From Macrostomum lignano (Eukaryota): a stretch of DNA of 64,000 nucleotides. The stretch lies in NCBI GenBank assembly GCA_002269645.1, contig NIVC01002065.1, positions 62,001-126,000 of the forward strand, read 5' to 3'. Below the pieces are notes generated by a model that was not told where the DNA came from, searched no databases, and worked only from the letters and a program-made list of their open reading frames with translations. Positions 11,321 through 24,700 of the stretch are shown piece after piece. The translations under genes and the position numbers were made by a program. How positions within the stretch are numbered: the stretch's first letter is position 1; the number at the start of each line of letters is the position of its first letter.

Positions 11321-13635
11321 ATGGACACCCTGGACGAGGAGGAGCGCTTGGACCCGCGCGTGAAGCGAACCATCGGCATCCTGGACACCTGGGAGAGATG
11401 CCACCTGGACGAGATCAAAGAGCAAAAGAGGAACGCGGAGCAGGCGATTAGCGACTCTGAGATCGGCTTCATCCTGGACAGGATCGTCCCGGACGGTGGC
11501 ACGGCCTGGTTCCTTGTGGTCAGCACTTGGATCTCCAACGGCATCACCAATGGCGTGGGATTCGCCTACGGCCTGTTGCTATCCGGGATTGTCGACGACG
11601 TGTCCTCGGCAGCCTCGACCAGCTGCGGGCGGAATGCCACCACCGCAGCGGCCTGTGCGGAGGCTGCGGGCCCGAGCCTGCCGCTGCTCACCACGGTGGG
11701 CACGGTGCACAACTGCCTGCTGTACCTGACCACGCCCATCATTCTGCTGCACTCCAACCGGGTTCGCCGACTGTCCGACTTTGCTTTCATGGGCGCGTTG
11801 CTGACTGCGTTGGGCCTGTTCCTCAGCGCCCTCACCGACTTCAGGCGGCACAGCGGCCTGCTGCTCATGCACTTCAGCGTCACCGCCGGCTTGGGGCTGG
11901 CCATTCAGGTGTGGGATACAATGTGGAATCTGGGTGATGATGAGCTAGGCATTGGGAAGCTGGTTGGTGAGGCATTGAGAAGCTGGGTGATGAGGCATTG
12001 AGAAGCTGGGTGATGAGGCATTGAGAAGCTGGGTGATGAGGCATTGAGAAGCTGGGTGATGAGGCATTGAGAAGCTGAGTGATGAGGCATTGAGAAGCTG
12101 GGTGATGAGGCATTGAGAAGCTGGGTGATGGGGCATTGAGAAGCTGGGTGATGAGGCATTGAGAAGCTGGGTGATAAGGCTTTGTGGAATCTATCGGGTG
12201 ATGAGGCATTGAAGAATCTGGATGACGAGGCTTTGTCGAATCTTAGTGATGATGAGGCACCTGGGATCCTGGCTGATGAGGCAACTAGGATTCTGAAAGA
12301 AGATGAGGCATTGAAGAATCTGGATGACGAGGCTTTGTCGAATCTTAGTGATGATGAGGCACCTGGGATCCTGGCTGATGAGGCAACTAGGATTCTGAAA
12401 GAAGATGAGGCATCTAGGAATCTTTGGAGAGATTAGGCATCTCAGAATCAGAGGAGTGACGGGGCATCTGGGAATCTGAGAGGAGATGAGGCATTCAAGA
12501 ATCTGGGGGGGGGGGAGCTGGACAACAATGGTTCAGAGAACAAGAAGAATGTAGCAGCGGGAAGAATGGAGATAATGGCAGATATTCGATGAGATTGGGA
12601 AGATCAGGGAGGGAAGACGGTAAGGTTGAAGAAGCCCCGCATTTCTCCATCCCGCAGACCACGCTGCAGGCGACCATCCTGAGCCACAACTTCAACCGTC
12701 GCATGAGCACCGCGGCCGGGATCACCTCCAGCGGTAGCGGCATGTTCTCCGGCCTGCTGTCCATCGGCGTCAGCGTCTTGAATGCTCAGCTCGGCGTCCG
12801 GTTCTCCTTTCTGCTGCTGGCGGTCCTGTCCCTGCCCGGGCTGGTGTACACCCAGTTCTGGCGGGCCAACCGCGACTTCCTGCTGCTGCAGAAATGGGTT
12901 CGAACCCCGGTACCCCTGCTCACAGAGCTGCTCACCGCTAGGGTGCTGAGAAACCGTCGCTACCTGACCCTATTCCTGTCGGTACTGTGCCTGTACTCTG
13001 GCCTGTTCTACCCCTGGATGATGCTGATGGAGTGCGCCAAGGCCCGGCTCGCCAAGGCGCAGCTGCCTTTGGTTGCCTACGTCTACATGGCGCGGGGCTT
13101 CTCCAACGCGCTGCTCCGCTGCCTGGTCGGACTCGCCGCCGCCACCGACTGCATCCGGAGCCGCCTGCTGTGCGCGCTGCCGATCAACCAGTCCCTGCTG
13201 CTGTGGGGGCTGCTCACCCTGCTGACTGGCCTGCAGACAGCCAGCCTGCCCGTGCTGTTCCTGGCTGCCGGGATCACGGCCATCGGCGAGTCCCTGGTGA
13301 TCACCTCCCTGCCGACTCTGGTGGCCCGGCTGACCAACCCGGCTGACACGCCGGCTGGGCTGGTGCTGATGAACCTAGCCTTCAGCCTGGCCAGCCTGGT
13401 GCCGCCGACTCTGCTGTCCATTGTCACCGACAGCCTGGGCGGCAATTTCCTGCCCGCCTTCGTTGCCTGCTGCGCCTTCGCTGTGCTCGGCGTCCTGCTG
13501 TCGCTGACGTTGGCAGTCAGGCTGCCGTGCGGCGGTGGCGGCGGCGGCGGCGGCGGAGATGCGGCAGGCGTGGACGTTGGAGGAGGCGGAGCTGTCAGCG
13601 AAAATGAACGGTTGGAGGCTGGAGGCTGGAGCTAA
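11321..13635 (+). CDS. MFS transporter of the SLC16 (monocarboxylate transporter) family, 2 exons (11321-11908, 12658-13635), 521 aa
   Basis: PDGGTAW motif before TM1, NFNRRMSTAAGITSSGSG resembles the MCT F-x-K-R-R-x-L-A-x-G motif, about 12 hydrophobic segments, phase-0 GT-AG intron. Confidence 0.85.
11935..12420. repeat. 23-bp minisatellite followed by a 102-bp direct duplication, in the SLC16 intron
   Basis: ggtgatgaggcattgagaagctg units; duplicated block at about 12200-12420. Confidence 0.9.
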
Positions 13636-14299
13636 GGGCTCACTTGTTGCAGTGGCACCTTCATGAAGTTTTAATTATGGTTTTAGTTTGTAGCTTCAGG
13701 CATGGCTCACGGATAGTCAGGGCTTAGCTAGCTAGTCATGACCGTTCCGCTGGACCGACACGCTCACACAGGGTGTACGGTGTCCCTAAATTTGTTTATC
13801 GTTAGGAATGATGTACACTCTCTGTTCCTCGGGGGAACAGAACAGAACAGAATCGAACCTGGGATCGCGGAGCGAGAGTCAGATGCGTTTACCCCGCTGA
13901 GCTGCTCTGCCCCAGCAAGCACAGGTGTCTTCAGGCGTGGCTCCCTCTGTTCGCCTCTTCGCAGGTACATCGCACTGGACGCTTCAATGACTGCAACGCC
14001 GGCAACGCTGGGTGGCGGCGGCGGCAGCAGCGGTGGCGGCGGAGGCGCCGGGGCGGAGAACGGCGGCCGCAGTTTCCAGAGCGCCCCAACAGCCAGCCGC
14101 TCGATGACGCGAAGCCGAGTTCGCTCTGCCGCGGTGGGCACTTCGGTTGACGCGGACAACCGGTCAGTGAGCAGGAGGGCGGTGAAGCACAACTCCTACA
14201 AGGTGGCCGCCTGGAGACAGCAGGAGTGCAACGTCGGTCCGGAGTGCTTCGAGGACGGCGGAGGGGGGCGGCCAGAGCTGAATACATGTAGATGCTCAA

Positions 14300-14887
<588 letters not shown>

Positions 14888-15022
14888 GTAATCAGGCAGG
14901 CCGACAGAAAGGCACACTGACAAGCAAAGCGGGTACAAACTACTTACGGCTCGTATACGTGTTGATTACAACTCAAACCAGCTTGTTACTCAGTTTTTTT
15001 GTTGCAGTTGCTTCGTTGTTGT

Positions 15023-15196
15023 AGTGGCGTAGCCAGGAACATCCACAGCGCAAGTTGTTGCCGCAATGAAGGGATATCAAAGCCCATCCAGTTAAGGAGG
15101 GTGAGGCGGTGAATTGCCAAGTTCTTAAAAGTTCGACACTGAAAGCAGCCAGATTAGCACAGACCCCTTCCCCGACCCAATCCTGGCTACGCCACT
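15023..15196. mobile_element. MITE-like element with 16-bp terminal inverted repeats
   Basis: agtggcgtagccagga at 15023 and its exact reverse complement tcctggctacgccact ending at 15196; non-coding interior. Confidence 0.7.
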
Positions 15197-15429
15197 GATC
15201 GCTCACTGAGCATTTGCGGTGTACATGTATATATAGTTAATCCGTCAAAAATCTCATGCGTCGTTCACGAAAATTGCTGCTCACAGATGATCAAAGTCAA
15301 CTTCAATCATTTTTGTTTGATCGTTGTATCTGTATTTTAAATTAAAGTGCATCCCAGGTAAGAGGAAGTGCTGGCACACCATTCAAGAACAGTTTCGCTT
15401 TACACACGCTGTCCATAATTCTAGTCTCC

Positions 15430-15625
15430 CTCCCCTGGTGTCCTTACACCCTCCAGTGTTCTTCACCTGGTGTCCTTACACCCTCCAGTGTCCTTAAACT
15501 GGTGTCCTTACACCCTCCAGTGTCCTTAACCTGGTGTCCTTACACCCTCCAGTGTCATACACCTGGTGTCCTTACACCCTCCAGTGTCCTACACCTGGTG
15601 TCCTTACACCCTCCAGTGTCCTGCA
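15430..15625. repeat. About 25-bp minisatellite (cctggtgtccttacaccctccagtgt)
   Basis: Directly visible. Confidence 0.9.
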
Positions 15626-15828
15626 CCCGGTGCTAAACAAGACTACAAGAGAATTTCTGCTAATCTTAAGGCCCGCTGTAAGTGTGGAAATGTGTGCGCT
15701 TTTAAAGAAATCTTTAAACATTGTCTTCAATATTTGCTTGTCACACACGGAATCCCAAGCGGTGGAATGCGAACTTGTTTTTTCCAGCCGGTCTTTTTTT
15801 AAACCTAAGAAGCACAGTTTCAACAATA

Positions 15829-15842
15829 GTTGCCATGACAAC
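15829..15842. promoter_or_regulatory. RFX X-box-like palindrome GTTGCCATGACAAC
   Basis: Matches GTHNYY-AT-RRNAAC; a partial second site lies at 16834-16847, upstream of the scramblase. Confidence 0.35.
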
Positions 15843-16199
15843 GAGTGAGAATCAAGCGCTCAGGCGATTGGACCGAGTCGGGTAGTCTAACAAGTGCACT
15901 CATTGGAAGTACATAGAAAGGTGGGAGAAGCAGTGTGAAGATAAGCCCCGGTTAAAAGAGAAATGCAAAAAGAAAAAAATAGAAGTTTGAACGCGGGTAA
16001 CGTTGCTGAGCAATCTTTACTGAACGTCGATCGGTGAGAACCTTCGAAGATACAGGACATTGCGAACGGTGAGGCTAATAAGTGCTGTATAGTATGGTAC
16101 TCGCTACTTATACACCGTATATATTTACAATACAATAAACATCGATGCCAGACCATGGAATCGGTGGCCTAGAACGGTTTAAAATGGTCTAGAGTGGCT

Positions 16200-16600
16200 T
16201 CTATAGATCAAGAGAGTTCGAGCAAATCTTGAGGGAAGAAGAGGTCCCGTGCAAATGTGGGATGAGCTTCTATAGATCAGAAGAGGTCCCGTACAAATGT
16301 GGGATGAGCTTTTATAGATCAGAAGAGGTCCCGTACAAATGTGGGATGAGCTTCTATAGATCAGAAGAGGGCCCGTGCAAATGTGGGATGGGCTTCTATA
16401 GATCAGAAGAGGGCCCGTACAAATGTGGGATGAGCTTCTATAGATCAGAAGAGGGCCCGTGCAAATGTGGGATGGGCTTCTATAGATCAGAAGAGGGCCC
16501 GTGCAAATGTGGGATGAGCTTCTATAGATCAGAAGAGGGCTCGTGCAAATTTGGAATGAGCTTCTATAGACAAGGGGACCTGTGCAAATGTTGAGGCTTT
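16200..16600. repeat. 42-bp minisatellite
   Basis: tatagatcagaagagggcccgtgcaaatgtgggatgagcttc units. Confidence 0.9.
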
Positions 16601-17023
16601 TTCAGATCAACAAAAAGCCATCTAAAATAAAGTATTAAATCTGACTATATTAGGCCAGTCGATTGTTGTTGGAAAAAATTTTGACACAGAAGAGTTTAAT
16701 AAAACAAAATGAGACTGTTAAGGCAGCGTGGCTTGTGTAGAGACAAAAGGTTAAAGATCCACAAACTAACAAAGGGATTCTGACAAAGGACCGTTAGATT
16801 CCGTTAGCTAGTCAAAGGAAACTTTGTTGGCAAATTTCCATGACAACGTAACTCAAGCTGTTTCTAGACAAAGATTCTTGGCGTCGAAAATCCGTAGAAA
16901 TTTGATAGCGGCAAAAGGCTTGTTAGCACAACAGGCATCGCCATGAAATTGAGTTGATGGCCTTCGACTGAAGTCAGCCGATAACTATTTAACTCTGCAG
17001 CTCAGAAGCCGCTAGGAAAAGGA

Positions 17024-19396
17024 ATGGACAACAAGGTGCAACCAATGGCCCAGAAACAGCAGCAGCAGCAGCCGCAGCAACAGCCAGTTACCATACCGGC
17101 AATAACCGGTCAGCAAATGCAATGGATGTCCCAGCCTACAGCCGTGACAAGCGGTTGCCCAAACGGCCTTGAATACCTCACCGTGCTGGATCAGGTGCTA
17201 ATCAAGCAGAAAAAGGAATTCTTTGAAAGTGAGCTCAATTTTAATAATTCTTTTAAATAATTTAGTCCCTTATGCAAATCTTCCAATCCATCTCCCACGC
17301 CGATTGCAGTGATGTCGGGCATCGAGATGCAGAATAAGTACGTTGTCCGCAACTCAATGGGCCAGCAGGTCTACTACGCTAAAGAGTGTACGTTCTAATA
17401 TAGTTTTATGGCTCAATCATTTTCTTCAAGAGATGCCATGCCCCATCCCCAGATAAATAGAGCTCAATTTAAGCTGCAGAAAGTAAAAAACAATAATTTC
17501 AAGAATTTTTTTTTCTTATTCCATGCTCCCAGATGACGAAGTGGGAGAAACAATCCAACTCAGACCATTTATTGTCTCAGTCTCAAAATAGCCAACAATG
17601 GCCGGGTCGCAGCAAGCGGAACAATCAAAATTCACAGTCTGAGGGTAACAAGCCCTCGCAAATTCATAAAGCTACTCATTCAAAAGGTGGTCTTCGGCCG
17701 AACGGTGGTGAACCGCGGAGCGTGCAGCCTGCGGTGAACGCGGTGCGGCAGCGGGAACTTCAGCTTGCTGTCGTGGAACTGCGTAACGCAGGGGCGCTTG
17801 CAGTCCTTGGAGGCGATCTCCTTGATCTTGAGGATGTGAATAGAGGAGGCTCTAGCCCTGTGCCTGGCACCCATCTCCCGGTAGCACTGGGTGATGGCGG
17901 CGGCCGGGGTCATGTCCCGGTACTCCTTGTACATATTATGAGTGCCGCTACGCGAGTTGTAGCGCAGCCAAACGCCGTAGTTTTTCACGCGCAGGGCCTT
18001 TTTTGGCGGCACAATCTTGCACTGGAGCACCTCGCCGTGCATTTTCTTTAGCTTCTTCAGATGGCGCACAAAGTACCAGAATCGGGACTTGGCGGTCACC
18101 GAGTCGGTGGCGAAAATGCGCATCTCATAGAGCGGCGGCTGCGGCACCGCTTCGGAGGGCAGGCGGCGGCCGACAATGCGGTATTCTTTTAACATGCCTC
18201 GGGCTCGCATCCTGGCTCGCTAGCGTCTCGCATGCAGTATAATAGTTAAGACAAGTATTGCAGCAGGGTATTTTGAGTCGCTTTCGCCACAATGAAAAGT
18301 AAACATAGCTTCTTAGACAACCCTTAGTGAATAATAAGGGTTGATTAAATTCTAATAAGTGATAAGTGATTAAATTCTACTATTGTTCTCTCCGACTAAA
18401 ATTATCACAATAGATACTTTACTTTGAAAAGCAGCGTACCATTTTTTGTCGATTTTAACAAATATTTTTCATAGTCTGCCTCGTGTTAGACACTTCTAAG
18501 ATTTGGTTTTTAAAAATTTTAGGTTTTTTTTCGATTTTCGAGTCAAATTTCATAGCGCATCGCTTTGATTTGCTAAAGGAATTTATTGAAATTGCAGCCT
18601 CCGACACCTGCGTCAGGCAGTGCTGCGGACCACAGCGCCCATTCGAACTGGCCATCGAGGACAACATGGGCAACGAGGTGATCCACGTGAGCCGGCCGTA
18701 CAAGTGCATGTGCTACCATCAGCTATTCTCCTGTTGCAAGTGCTGCTTCGACGAAGTGACGGTGGAAGCACCTCCCGGTGTCAAAGTGGGCAAGGTGACC
18801 CAGGTGTACGGGGCCTGCCAGATCAGGTATAACATTATTGACGAGCGCGACAACACCGTGTTTATTATAGACGGGCCGTCCTATTGTAAGTGCTACTGCC
18901 CAGGAGACGATATACCGTTCAAGGTGAGCCACATTCAAACTTTCAACGCTCTAATGCTAACCAACTCGAATATCGATAATATGCATTCAATAATTGCAGC
19001 TTGTTGCCAAGGACAGCGGATTAGAAATAGGCCGCGTATCTAAACAATGGTCCAACCTGATGCAGGAATACTTCACGGATGCTGACAATTTCGGCATCGC
19101 ATTTCCCCTCGATTTGGACGTGAAGCTCAAGGCCGTAGTGCTTGGGGCCTGCTTTCTCATTGTAAGTTGCTTAAGCCTTCCTGGTACCTGAACTAACAAA
19201 TCAAAAAGCGGCTATGGCTATGCTAATTAACTAGCTTCACCAGTATGCTAGTTCTTTTGTTTAAATTTGAACGATCAAATTACAGAGACAGGCTTTCCTG
19301 TTCAGCGCGCATTTATTAACCAGAGCACTTTCTTCCACCGTTGCTAACCCGCAGGACTTCATGTTCTTCGAGCAGGGCGGCAGGTCTCACCATTGA
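17024..19396 (+). CDS. PLSCR: Phospholipid scramblase (PLSCR family), 5 exons (17024-17228, 17310-17387, 18598-18923, 19000-19161, 19355-19396), 270 aa
   Basis: [79 protein letters not shown] motifs; phase-consistent GT-AG introns (813 nt total). Confidence 0.95.
17680..18210 (-). CDS. RPL18A: 60S ribosomal protein L18a (eL20), intact, intronless, nested antisense in scramblase intron 2
   Basis: Unmistakable sequence ([37 protein letters not shown]); AATAAA on the minus strand at 17568-17573. Confidence 0.97.
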   Translation of the reverse strand: MRARGMLKEYRIVGRRLPSEAVPQPPLYEMRIFATDSVTAKSRFWYFVRHLKKLKKMHGEVLQCKIVPPKKALRVKNYGVWLRYNSRSGTHNMYKEYRDMTPAAAITQCYREMGARHRARASSIHILKIKEIASKDCKRPCVTQFHDSKLKFPLPHRVHRRLHAPRFTTVRPKTTF

Positions 19397-19739
19397 GGAT
19401 GCAAGGCCAATGTGCTTAGCGGAACTTTGCTAACTCTGATTATAACTAGCCCGACTGGAATATTATCATAACCGAACAGCACACTACACTGACACAAATC
19501 TCCTAAATAACGCACCCGTCTGAGTTTATAATTGCACTAATAAACTAACAATTAAACTCTTACTTTTGAAATAGTTCGCGCACTGATCTGAGCAACATCT
19601 CTAATAAATATAAAGCAGTAAATAAAAATCTAACAGAGAACTCCCGAGTTGAGCAAAATTATTAAAATCTTTTTTATTACACCTGCCTAATGACCAAGAT
19701 GTGCAACCGACAACTCAGCCGCAGCTATTGCCCGGCGCA

Positions 19740-19968
19740 TCTGAAGGATGCGTACGGCTGTTCAGTCCAAGGACTGGGGGGTCGCTATGTAAACCCTTAA
19801 TTACCCCAGCTAATGCTGGCACCCATTTTACAGCTGGGTGAACCGAAGCAATTCAGAGTTAAGTGTCTTGCTCAAGGACACAAATCGTTCCGAGTGGGTT
19901 GAGAATCGAACCCCCGACTTTCACTAGTGAGTCCGGCGCTTGTTGTAAACCACTAGGCTACAACCCCC
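19740..19968 (-). mobile_element. tRNA-derived CORE-type SINE
   Basis: A box TAGCCTAGTGG and B box GGTTCGATTC on the minus strand; cccattttacag...gagttaagtgtcttgctcaaggacaca resembles the MIR/CORE domain. A second truncated head lies at about 20426-20464. Confidence 0.75.
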
Positions 19969-20746
19969 ATCGATAAATATTTGCTCAGAATATTTCCCGG
20001 AGCATTGTGCTTGCAAAAGAAATCAACTGCCAAGACGAAAGAATTCGAGAGATTAACCAGCATTTAAGCCCGCTCAGACACACGCGACAGAACTTGCGCA
20101 GAAAATCTTCTAGGAGAAAATCAGAAAATTCAATTCATCCAACTGAAGCCAGTCTCTCTGGGCTCAGAAATGCAGGAAGCTGCTATCGATATGCCTGACA
20201 GCTGCACTAAGTTCGGGACTGCAAGTGCGACTCGCCTTCGCCGTCATTTTATGCTGTTTCTTAGAAATCTATTTGTTATAATTTTTATGCCCTTTATTTT
20301 GGGATCATTCTTCAGTGAGCGCGCGCTCTGTTGATAATTGATGCATAGGCGATTAACTATGCACAGCTGGGTAGAAACTCTGAGCCTCCGGGGAAAATGT
20401 GAAGCCTTCATGATTGCTGGCACCTTTAGTGAGTCCGACAGTCTAAACACTAGGCTACAACCCCTCTCAACATGGGAATATGCTTAATACGTGAGCTAAC
20501 TTAAACAAAGCTACTTAAACTACTTAAAGTAAAAATGCAAGCAAAAAATAAAGAAGACAAATTGAAAAACGTTTGATTCCGCAGAAGACGAGGGACAGCT
20601 TGTTTCAATTTACTTTTTTTTACCAATCAGTTCAACACGTGCACATCAGGGCACAGGCAGCAACATAGTGACTAACATCTTAGTCCACCAATCAGACATC
20701 CAGTCCCTTCCAATGAGCTATAGTTCAATCAGTTTAATCAGCGCAT

Positions 20747-21031
20747 TCAAGCGTTGCCAGCAGCCTTAGGAGCGCACGGTTTTGTCTGGCCAGTGCGGAA
20801 TCCATAGTTGAACCGGCGGTGCACAACTTTGAGATGGCGCATCCGCCCGGTGCCAGTGGTGCGCCTGCGCTGCGCCTTCTTGGCCCAGTTAAAGTGCCGG
20901 ATTCTGGCGGCCGGGTAGCCGCAGGAGGAGCAAGTCTTCTTCTGCACGTGATAGGACTTGCGGCCGCAGCGGCGGCACTGGGTGTGCGACTTGTTGTGCC
21001 GCTTTCCAAAACTGGTGGTACCCTTGGTCAT
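20747..21031 (-). CDS. RPL37: 60S ribosomal protein L37 (eL37), CDS intronless
   Basis: [23 protein letters not shown]...CSSCGYP zinc finger; splice acceptor with branch-like actaat about 35 nt upstream of the ATG. Confidence 0.97.
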   Translation of the reverse strand: MTKGTTSFGKRHNKSHTQCRRCGRKSYHVQKKTCSSCGYPAARIRHFNWAKKAQRRRTTGTGRMRHLKVVHRRFNYGFRTGQTKPCAPKAAGNA

Positions 21032-21189
21032 TGCACTAGCTGCATGCGGGATGTTGGCAGGGATGCTGGATTAACCAATTAGTAAAAACTAAGGATTAAG
21101 TAAAAACTTTGAGCCTACTAAAAGTAGAGAGGTTGTTGTTTGTTTTTGATGAAACTTTTTCATGTACATAAAATTTTTTGACTTGATTT

Positions 21190-21720
21190 TAATCAAACAC
21201 TTGATTTATCATGTTTAAAAACTCTGAAGAGCAATCAAGACTCCAAAGTTCTACTTTTTTAGCCCTTCGATGATCAAAAAACGAAATTCAACAACACTCA
21301 TATGGTGTGGTGGCGATAGTGAAGCTAGAGGGTCAAGCTATTGTCACTGCTCAATGGTACACTGAAGAGAGCTTGCCAGTTCTGATTGACAATGTGACCC
21401 AGAGGGTGGCAAGGATGGGAATATGAGGGCAGAAGCTCATTACAACAATGTCCCCACCCACATGGCTATTGCAACTTGAGCATTCCTAGACCAAGAGGGC
21501 ATTGTCCATCACACTTACCCTACTTACCCCCCTAAAAGTCACTTAGGGGGTGCAGGTTTTAGTCCAACAAGGAGCTAGAGCAGGTGGCAAAGGAGGCAAT
21601 TGATGGCATCCCATTGAAGAGTTCAAGGGCCTTATGAACAAGTGGCTTTGAAGAGCAAACAAGTATTTATAGTTCCAAGGAGTCTACTTTGAAGGATTAT
21701 AATAGAGACATTTGGCAGAA
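21190..21720 (+). mobile_element. Degenerate mariner transposase relic (C-terminal part)
   Basis: Translated fragments IVTAQWYTEE, HYNNVPTH (cf. HHDNAPAH) and KWL*RANKYL*FQGVYFE (cf. W..R..KCI...G.YFE), with stops. Confidence 0.65.
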
Positions 21721-24700
21721 ATAACTTTAACTAGTCAAATTGCAAAACTTTTGGAATATCTTATATATGTAACTATTTTATTTTCAAAAAGTTGTATTGT
21801 CTGCTAACATATGGTAAAGGTAGCATATGAAATGACTATGTACCTATTGGGTTCTTATATATAATAGGCTAAAAGATATCATTTAGTAGCTAAATGATTA
21901 GAAAAATAGAAATAGAAAACTATTATTTAGTAATTTATGTTTTGAGGAAGCTAAATAAAGCACTATATTTGATAAGTCAATCACTAGGTCTTAAGTTAAA
22001 CCTGTTAGAGGAAAACTAGTTGCACTAATATAATAATTGACTAAGTTAGCAATTGAGTAGTAGGCCTTTTATTACCCCAATGTATATAATTTTAATATCT
22101 AGGCCTAGGCTTATTTCATGCTTGTATTTCATACATATTGGCCTAATTTACCTTTTACGAATCATAGGCTCTAGGACTAACCTAGCCACATATATGCCCA
22201 AGTATACATGCGCAACTGCTAGCCGACCTGGCCACTGTAAATTGTGGTGGACCAGGGGTAAGTTGCAAAAATGCCCACCCCAAAGAATACAGACGTAGTA
22301 CTAATTAGATGACAAGGCATTTAGTCCTTATTAGACAGTCATAGTTACTCCTGCCATTTACCCAAAATTGCATTAATTTTGCTTTAGGGTTTCTTTCACA
22401 GGTAAGTCACATTTTTGGTCAAAAAGTAAGTCGCATGGCCAGTGTAAATCAGGGGGGTTGCGCATGTATGTGCCTAAGGGTTTCTAGATCATTTATTGGA
22501 CTTCTTGAACTTTAGGGAGATAAAATAGTTTCAGTTTTGATACGATCATAATTTTGTCTCAATGAAGGTTTTTGATAGTGCTGATTTCAAATTTGAGCTT
22601 CTTTTTTTGTAGCTTAAAGCCAACCACTGGGGCATGGGGAATGGGGGGTTTTAGTGTGGGGAGAATATTCATAGAGAATGATTTTATACACCTAAACTTC
22701 AATAGAGGCATAGGGGTCTATTGTAGATTAGGTAGATAAATTTGGAGGCTAAGGGGAAAAAGCAAGTCTTAGAAGGTTGGATGGGAGTGAGGGGAGGCTA
22801 ACAACCACCAACAATAAGGCATGGGGAATGGTAAGGGGTTTGGGGAGAATCTTCATAGGGATTGATTTGATGTACCTAAACTTCAATAGAGGCATGGGGT
22901 CTATTGTAGATAAGGTAGATAAATTAGGAGAATGAGGAGATCTAGGAAGGAATTGTAATAAAGCTTAAATTAAAAATTCAGCAAGTTAGGCCTATCAAAA
23001 ACCTCCATAGAGAAAAATTATAGGCCTAATCCTATCAAACTATAACTAATTGATATCAGTAGCTGTAGTTATCTTTAGAATGAAAAAACAATGCAGATTA
23101 GTAGAAATAAGTATAGGTAAACAAGTAAAGAATGTCTATTAGGAAATATAAAAAGGGAAAGGAATGGGGTCAGATAGGAAATGGGAAAGGGAACCATTAA
23201 ACAATGTCTCTATACTCTGTTAATGACTAAAAATGCTATAAGTTCCATAATTTCAACAAACTACTTCATGGTATACATTTAACATCTGAAACTAATGAAA
23301 ATGAAACTATTAAAAAAAATTCAAAGATTTCACTGTCACCAAATTTGTTTATTGCCAAGTTTATATGTATGTAGGCCCCCTATCCATTTCCTAATAGACA
23401 AATGGTTTTAAAAAGAGAAACTTTTTGTCTAGGCTAGGCCCTACTTAGTAAACAAACTATTGGCAAACAAAACAACTGGCACCCTACCCAAATAGGACCT
23501 AACTAGAGTTCTGACTTAGTCTTTGACTTGAGATTCTCCACCTTGCTATAGGGCCTACCTTTATAGAAGTATATTCTGCTCATGTCATTTTAATATCACC
23601 TTAATAGTGCCATTGGAGCCTTCCATTTCTGCCCACAAAGGAGTGGTTAATGGGCCTAACATCCCACCTCACCATTGTCAATGGCATTGAAACAAATAAT
23701 TCTAAAATTAATTTTTGGGAGACATTCTATGCACCATCTGTCATGTATTATATGTGCACTATTTTCAAGCATGAATCTGCACTGCATAGGTTTAGGGCTA
23801 AAAATGCATTTTAAACAATGCTAGGCATTTCTTGAAAATGAAATTAAACAAATGTAAGTTAGAACTTAGATTAGGCCCCTAGGCCTTAGCTGGTACTTTG
23901 TGGCATAGAACTGAGGAGATGCGTGGGCTGCGCGCTGTGTGTGGCAAATAATCATTTCTGCGCTAGAAAATTTGGTGAGAAGCGCAACCTATGACATGAT
24001 GACAACACAATCAAAACTACTACTAGCCTAGGTCTAAGTTCAAGTTAACAAGTACAAGTAGGCCTACAGAGTGCAGTAGACCTACGAGCCGCAGTCAATG
24101 AAAAGCAGTTTATAGGCCAAACTGAAAAAATTAAAGGCTTTTACTTATTTTTCTAAGCTTATATCTATAAAATCCCCCCCCACAACGCCCCAAGTGTAGT
24201 ATATAGATTATAGAAGTTACAAAATATTCATTTACAATGGCAAGTTTAAAAAGTTGTAAAGATGGAATTTTAAAACAAATATTCGTAATAAATTTGGAAA
24301 AGATAGCACGATTAGTGCAAAAACCTGCTAAAGTCACTGCTTGTAAATATCATTTGACCCTATAGTTTATTCAGAAGTCGCTCGCTTAACTGTAAAATAA
24401 CGAATGGGTTCGTTTACATACAGAAATATGTAGCATCAAAACCCAGGGGCTCAATATTATTGTGTACAGAATCACAGCACAATTAAATTTGAATGACTGA
24501 AGTTAAAAGATAAGATTAATGAGATTTGAATAGTTTTTTACTAATATTTTGCCTGAGGACACACTTTTTCTCTACATTATTGATATGCAAAAATTGGTAC
24601 ATGTGAGTATAGTTTTGCTAAAAAATTTTATGCTTACAGAAATACTTTTAGCTAGAAGTAATGTAGTATAACATTTATAAAACAGTGGTCCTTGATTTTT

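Noticed and set aside
18225-18245. TATACTGCATG upstream of RPL18a as a retro-copied spliced leader ending in AUG
   Set aside because: The match is only a few bases and does not extend; insufficient evidence.
19890-19968. tRNA gene
   Set aside because: A and B boxes are present, but they run into a CORE-like body with no closing acceptor stem; this is a SINE head.
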